Positions 44,630 to 47,092 of a stretch of 47,092 bases of DNA are shown in pieces. The stretch covers positions 1 through 47,092 of the IMG/VR virus record IMGVR_UViG_3300020044_008444. One strand, 5' to 3'. Position 1 is the first letter of the stretch. Each line of letters opens with the position of its first letter. The notes under the pieces are model-generated. The model worked only from the letters and a program-made list of their open reading frames with translations. It had not been told where the DNA came from and made no database searches. The position numbers and the translations under genes are program-made. The stretch comes from a virus (Duplodnaviria > Caudoviricetes).

Positions 44630-45600
44630 ATAAAACTCATAGCCTGAGATTGATAGCTCATTCACCCTCACAATCAACAGCCTGATACACTGGCTGGAAA
44701 AGGGTGAATTTCAACTAGAGCATATTGCCCATTTTCACTGTCATTTTGGCGTAGTCACTTTGATGACAACTATGGTGTCATCCGATCGACTACGCCAGAA
44801 CGGCAGTGTAGTCAAATTGATGACACACATGCCAGAATGACATTCTCAGTTTGATGACATAGGGGATTACCCACATCATCAACTGTCAGGATGTTCATCT
44901 ATTGGCTGGCCGATGTTCTCCCGGAACATCGTACGCGACCGTCAATCCCCTTATATACTCATTCCTCAGTAAACCCTTCCCACGTCGATTCTGCCAGCCT
45001 TAAAATCTCCGGACGATCAATACCATTCCCAGAATTTAAGGCCCGTATACGTCATCCTGTGTGATTTTAGACCAGGTGATATATTGTTCAGTGTTTCAAA
45101 CTAAACGGTATAGTTTACTTCTTACCGCCATTCCCTGAAGCTTCTCACGTTCCACTACAGCCAATAGAAAACCAGCTGGTGCATTGTGCTCCAGCTGGTA
45201 GACGCAAGGTCTGAGAAGCTTCCCAAACCGATTAGATTGTTATTCGACATGTCATCAGACACGAGCACCAATGGTTCAAGGCTATCCCCACGAATAGGGA
45301 TAGCCTTGAAACGTTGATGACGCCATCCCGTCATCCGGACGCTACACATTGTGCAGCAGATGTTCCAGCCGATTACAAATCGTTATCAACACTCAGCCAG
45401 TATGTCACACACAACACAAACGTGAGAGAAATGACAGCTGTCGTTACACTCAGAGTCAATAGACAGAACTCGCTTACGTCAATCGTCATCATTATTGTCC
45501 TCATCTGGTTCAGGCATTGTAAATGCCTGAATTGTTGGTTCACCTATTCGATAACTCAGGATGCACCCTAGCTCCTCGTATGGATGGACCTGAACGTATT
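44630..45600. other. ~1 kb hairpin-dense non-coding region (ncRNA, origin or genome-end candidate)
   Basis: At least nine inverted repeats and a repeated TGATGACA motif; no convincing ORF. Confidence 0.55.
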
Positions 45601-45621
45601 CCGGACACGATAGTTTCATCA

Positions 45622-47091
45622 TTAGTAGAATCCCCCTACGCTTGCGAGCTGTGATGAGACAGCATTATACGCCGTATCAATAGCCTTCAGAAATAACGTA
45701 TTTGCTTCCCACTTCTTTTGTTGCCATCTACGGAGAATTGTCCGTGCGTCCATGCGGATTGATTCCCAGCTGTTCGGAAGCGTTATACCCAAATATTGTG
45801 CCCCAAATTGACGTGTCCCAGCGAGGCAATTCCCTGCACGTTGAGAGTCCAGCATAGTGATATATTCAATCCTCAGGAGCTTCCTCGCATACGCTGCAAT
45901 TTCTCTCCGTTTCTGTTCAGCTGTCAACACGGTGTTTCTCACATATCGCATCCGTGACTGTACTCTCTCAATCACCTCAGCATTGCCCAACAATTCCTCA
46001 TCATGATACCAGTCGATTGAATTCAACTGTGCATCAATGCGACGATCCCCACATCTACCCAAATACCAGGCATAACCCTTCCCCTCCCGTTCAGAGTAAC
46101 AGTCAATTCGATAAATAGGAATCATTGTCCCGATGAATTCAACAGCTCCAATTCTCTCCGGTCTGGATAGTGGTATCGTTGAAACATACGGTTTAACGTT
46201 TAACGCTGTCAGCTCAGTAAGCTTAGTCAATGCGGGAGACGCTCCGTCAATGTGTCGCAGCTGAACATTCATCTGAAACACCGTATTATGATTAGCACCA
46301 CTACCTACGATTAGCTTCATTCGATTGTAGAATTTCGGATGTTTACAGTCCCGAACACACAACCACCGATAATATTTCTCACTACTATCGATATATGGTG
46401 ATTCACGATAGCCCACAACCTGTTGACCACGAAGGACAGAAACACGTTGTCCCGCATGTTTAGATTTCTTTCGTTTACGTTTCAACAGCTGAATTGTATG
46501 GCGTAGTCCGTCAACACAATCGCGATTCAACAAATTGCCATTTATACCGCCGTCATGATGGTAGTCTGATTTCGATCCTTTCCACTTATCATGTGGAATC
46601 GACGCCAACAAAATACACTGTGCAGAACGAATTGCCTGATCCCTTGTCGTAATGTTCAACAGACTGTCACGGACATCACAAAAAGCTTTAGCCCATTGAT
46701 CCCACAATGGACGTAGTTCAGAATACTTCCGACACAACTCTTTGTACCCGTCAACGACATCATTCGGCACAATGTGTTGAGACGACACAATAGTAGCTGG
46801 AAACTCACAAACCCACACAGATTCGGCGTGTTGTGACGTTCTGCCAAATCCGCCCCGCCAGTGCTTACGTCGAGACTCTTTCTTTACATCTGGTTCTGTA
46901 GTCCGGTGCATTGTTCGTTGTCGTCTCAATACGTCCTCGTACAGCTCAACAATCCCTTTCCACGATGTTCGCAATTCCAGCAACAAACGCAGTGCAGCTG
47001 CAAACCTCTGAGACTCGGACAGCTGAACATTCTCGGCACGACGACACAAGTTTTCGAACAAACTCAAGCTAATCATTTCACCATTCTCCAA
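45622..47091 (-). CDS. Large hypothetical protein, probably truncated at the window edge
   Basis: Open frame of 489 codons reaching the window end; C-terminal DSQRAGNCLAGT..F motif. Confidence 0.7.
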   Translation of the reverse strand: MENGEMISLSLFENLCRRAENVQLSESQRFAAALRLLLELRTSWKGIVELYEDVLRRQRTMHRTTEPDVKKESRRKHWRGGFGRTSQHAESVWVCEFPATIVSSQHIVPNDVVDGYKELCRKYSELRPLWDQWAKAFCDVRDSLLNITTRDQAIRSAQCILLASIPHDKWKGSKSDYHHDGGINGNLLNRDCVDGLRHTIQLLKRKRKKSKHAGQRVSVLRGQQVVGYRESPYIDSSEKYYRWLCVRDCKHPKFYNRMKLIVGSGANHNTVFQMNVQLRHIDGASPALTKLTELTALNVKPYVSTIPLSRPERIGAVEFIGTMIPIYRIDCYSEREGKGYAWYLGRCGDRRIDAQLNSIDWYHDEELLGNAEVIERVQSRMRYVRNTVLTAEQKRREIAAYARKLLRIEYITMLDSQRAGNCLAGTRQFGAQYLGITLPNSWESIRMDARTILRRWQQKKWEANTLFLKAIDTAYNAVSSQLASVGGFY

Positions 47092-47092
47092 A

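Noticed and set aside
44736-44890. CRISPR mini-array
   Set aside because: Repeats are short, degenerate, in both orientations and irregularly spaced; no cas operon.
44531-45621. CsrB/RsmZ-like sponge RNA for the phage CsrA
   Set aside because: A rough count of GGA on the plus strand is no higher than chance for this length, and there is no regular series of GGA-loop hairpins.
1-47092. tRNA genes, integrase/att sites or stop-codon reassignment
   Set aside because: No cloverleaf or recombinase motif was seen by eye, and core genes are intact in the standard code; tRNAscan-SE would be needed to exclude tRNAs formally.

Overview
The window holds most of a tailed dsDNA phage genome (siphovirus-like, HK97-type head). 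A Planctomycetota host is a plausible guess from the CsrA homolog and the style of the virion and membrane proteins, but it is not proven. Gene order: accessory genes with a P27-type TerS, CsrA and a metallophosphoesterase (0.4-4.4 kb); a membrane / papain-protease / CxxC-oxidoreductase cluster and extra virion-like genes (4.7-12.4 kb); TerL with a class 3 mini-intein, portal, ClpP-type protease, capsid, head-tail genes, tail tube, frameshifted chaperones, tape measure and tail-tip genes (12.4-30.6 kb); a divergent SF1 helicase and a replication module (ParB-like, HNH, PD-(D/E)XK nuclease, AAA ATPase, SSB-like, PolA, primase, MCM-like ATPase; 30.6-41.6 kb); small accessory genes and a DHH phosphoesterase; a ~1.1 kb hairpin-dense non-coding region; and a truncated minus-strand ORF. 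No integrase, repressor, tRNA, CRISPR array, reverse transcriptase or canonical peptidoglycan hydrolase was recognised. The strongest leads are a candidate protease-plus-oxidoreductase lysis module, a tail protein built from nested domain insertions, a PolA with paired steric-gate changes, and three structured non-coding elements. All calls come from reading motifs by eye; no database searches or folding programs were run.
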